Below are positions 50,379 through 51,686 of a stretch of DNA of 51,686 bases, piece after piece. Source of the DNA: Anaerolineae bacterium (GTDB taxonomy: Bacteria; Chloroflexota; Anaerolineae; JAAYZQ01); assembly GCA_050123055.1 (NCBI GenBank), contig JASFHU010000001.1:1-51686 (forward strand), in the 5' to 3' direction. Numbering within the stretch: position 1 is the stretch's first letter; the number at the start of each line of letters is the position of its first letter. The translations under genes and the position numbers were made by a program. The notes beneath the pieces are model-generated. The model saw only the letters and a list, made by a program, of their open reading frames with translations. It did not search any database and was not told where the DNA came from.

Positions 50379-50998
50379 ACCTGCTCCTCCACTTCTGCCA
50401 CACGGTACTTTCGCAACCAGGCCTCCATTTCATCCACGGTCTGGACGGGCAAGATCATGGACACGGACCCACGGAGCCGCAACCTCGCCTCGCTGTCGCG
50501 AACGTCCAGAGTGCGCCCATTCAGCGGTTCGATCAGTCCCAAGCGCTTCAGGCGCTTGAGGATGTCCTCGTACTGGGTGATGCCCAGGGCGCGCTCCTTG
50601 CCGGTGATGGTGCGGTACTCCTCACGTACCTCGCCGATGGTGACCACCGGGTCGGCTGCCAGGCTGAGGCGTTCGGCCTGCTCCTCGTAAAGCTTGCGCA
50701 GGACGGTGATCATGAGCGTCTCATCGAGCTTGTAGCGCTGGCGGCAGTAGCCAAAATCGGAGACGACCTGGAAGATGCGGTGGTACTCGTCGTGCAGGAG
50801 GACAAATCCAGACAGGGCCAGTAATGCCTCGAATACCTGCCGGTGGCGGTAGACCAGGTAATAGTCCTCTTTGCTGGCCTCATCCTCCCGGTAGAGAAAG
50901 GTCCCGCCCAGCAGGCGGTTCATCACCCGGGGCACCTCGCGGCGCACCTTGTCGGGCAGTGCGGTCTTTTCCAGTATCGATTGGGTGGTAAACTCCAT
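50375..50998 (-). CDS. jetB: Wadjet JetB (MukE-like, DUF4194-type)
   Basis: Track ORF 50375..51007 starts with GTG. The ATG at 50998 lies 7 nt after GGAGGT. About 207 aa, with a size and operon position (directly before the SMC-like gene) that match JetB. The identity call is mainly contextual. Confidence 0.65.
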   Translation of the reverse strand: MEFTTQSILEKTALPDKVRREVPRVMNRLLGGTFLYREDEASKEDYYLVYRHRQVFEALLALSGFVLLHDEYHRIFQVVSDFGYCRQRYKLDETLMITVLRKLYEEQAERLSLAADPVVTIGEVREEYRTITGKERALGITQYEDILKRLKRLGLIEPLNGRTLDVRDSEARLRLRGSVSMILPVQTVDEMEAWLRKYRVAEVEEQV

Positions 50999-51055
50999 CC
51001 CGCTCACCTCCTAGTGGCTGGGATCCGGACTCCACGGACCCAGTCAAGTTTCGCT

Positions 51056-51686
51056 CTAGCGACGGGCATCCGAGAGGCCCGGTGTCCCGAAAAGTGGCTT
51101 GACCAGTTGGAATGGTCTGACTCGGTACGGCCCGGCCGGGACCGGCTCGCCAGGCAAGGGCTCGACGTCGTACTCTGTGTCGGGGTGGTTGCCGTAGGCG
51201 ACGACGTGGATGAACCAGGGCAGGTCGTCGAACAGATCGGCAGGCAGATCGCGGACGTGGAGTTGGCGGTGACCGTTGAAGAGGTCCATGACGTAGCCGT
51301 TGATCTTTTCAGGTGTGAGTGTCTGGCTGATCTCCCGCAGGGTCAAAGCACGCAGGGCATCCGCGTCCAGGGGATCGAGCAGAGGGACGATGACCGGTTC
51401 CGGCAAGAAGGGCGCCCTGTGCCGCGGCGGCGTGTAGAAGCTGTTGATGTCCGGCGCGCGCAGGGAGGCTGCCTGTAGGGTGGGCATCTCTTCTGGTAGC
51501 CAGCGCTCGCCCTCGTCCAGTAGGGCGGCCAGGTTGCGGCCCAAAACGACCAGGCGCTCTTTGAAGCTGCCCTCGGCGTTGACCAGTTGGTAGCGCACCT
51601 GCCGCAGCGAAGTACGGAGATACTGGGCGTGGCGGCGGTCGATCTCATCCAGCAGGGGATCCAGTCCTTCCAGTTGGTGGATGGTG
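51056..51686 (-). CDS. jetA: Wadjet JetA (MukF-like kleisin), C-terminal ~210 codons; the gene continues beyond the right edge
   Basis: The frame stays open from 51056 to the window end (my translation upstream of the track's GTG gives ...TIHQLEGLDPLLDEIDRRHAQYLRTSLRQ-VRYQLVNAEG...). It sits first in the jetB-jetC-jetD gene order. The call is contextual. Confidence 0.55.
   Translation of the reverse strand, partial: TIHQLEGLDPLLDEIDRRHAQYLRTSLRQVRYQLVNAEGSFKERLVVLGRNLAALLDEGERWLPEEMPTLQAASLRAPDINSFYTPPRHRAPFLPEPVIVPLLDPLDADALRALTLREISQTLTPEKINGYVMDLFNGHRQLHVRDLPADLFDDLPWFIHVVAYGNHPDTEYDVEPLPGEPVPAGPYRVRPFQLVKPLFGTPGLSDARR

Noticed and set aside
48225-50690. 355-aa and 457-aa plus-strand ORFs (48225..49292 and 49317..50690)
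   Set aside because: Both are antisense to jetC/jetB. Their translations are Gly/Ala/Val/Leu/Gln-rich mirror images of the coiled-coil codons, whereas jetC has clear ATPase motifs.
1-51686. Mobile elements, prophage genes, tRNA/rRNA genes and toxin-antitoxin pairs
   Set aside because: I inspected every intergenic gap over 100 nt and all track ORFs. No transposase, integrase or phage-like translation appeared, and I saw no cloverleaf-like or rRNA-like sequence. A tRNAscan/Infernal run is still needed to exclude small RNAs formally.

Overview
High-GC bacterial chromosome segment. Gene content and regulatory style (T-box on thrS, Opp-type lipoprotein sugar-binding protein, LysM/YkuD enzyme) suggest a Chloroflexota-like organism, but that is inference only. 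Positions 1-26.4 kb are one long minus-strand carbohydrate-utilisation locus. It encodes GH28, GH105, GH88, a PL22-like lyase, a sulfatase, KduD, a KduI/IolB isomerase, a UxuA-like dehydratase, several oxidoreductases and a family-5 (Opp/Dpp-type) ABC importer. It also carries three URO-D-like paralogues plus a truncated fourth, and a LacI regulator sits at its head. Directly upstream is a 1220-aa soluble protein that fuses a LacI-type sugar-binding fold, a histidine kinase, two receiver domains and an AraC HTH. The middle of the window holds DUF4139 and DUF4416 genes, a LysM L,D-transpeptidase and an MFS transporter. It also holds an orphan 2-hydroxyacyl-CoA-dehydratase-like gene behind a structured leader and coupled to an EamA exporter, a phosphodiesterase-family gene, and DUF711 with a TrmH methyltransferase. 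The right part holds rplT-rpmI-infC (AUU start) and thrS behind a Thr T-box. It ends with a four-gene SMC-like Wadjet (jetABCD) operon whose jetA is cut by the window edge. The intergenic regions carry several small palindromic repeat families and near-consensus promoters. I found no rRNA, tRNA, CRISPR array, transposase or integrase. All family calls come from reading the translations by eye; no searches were run.
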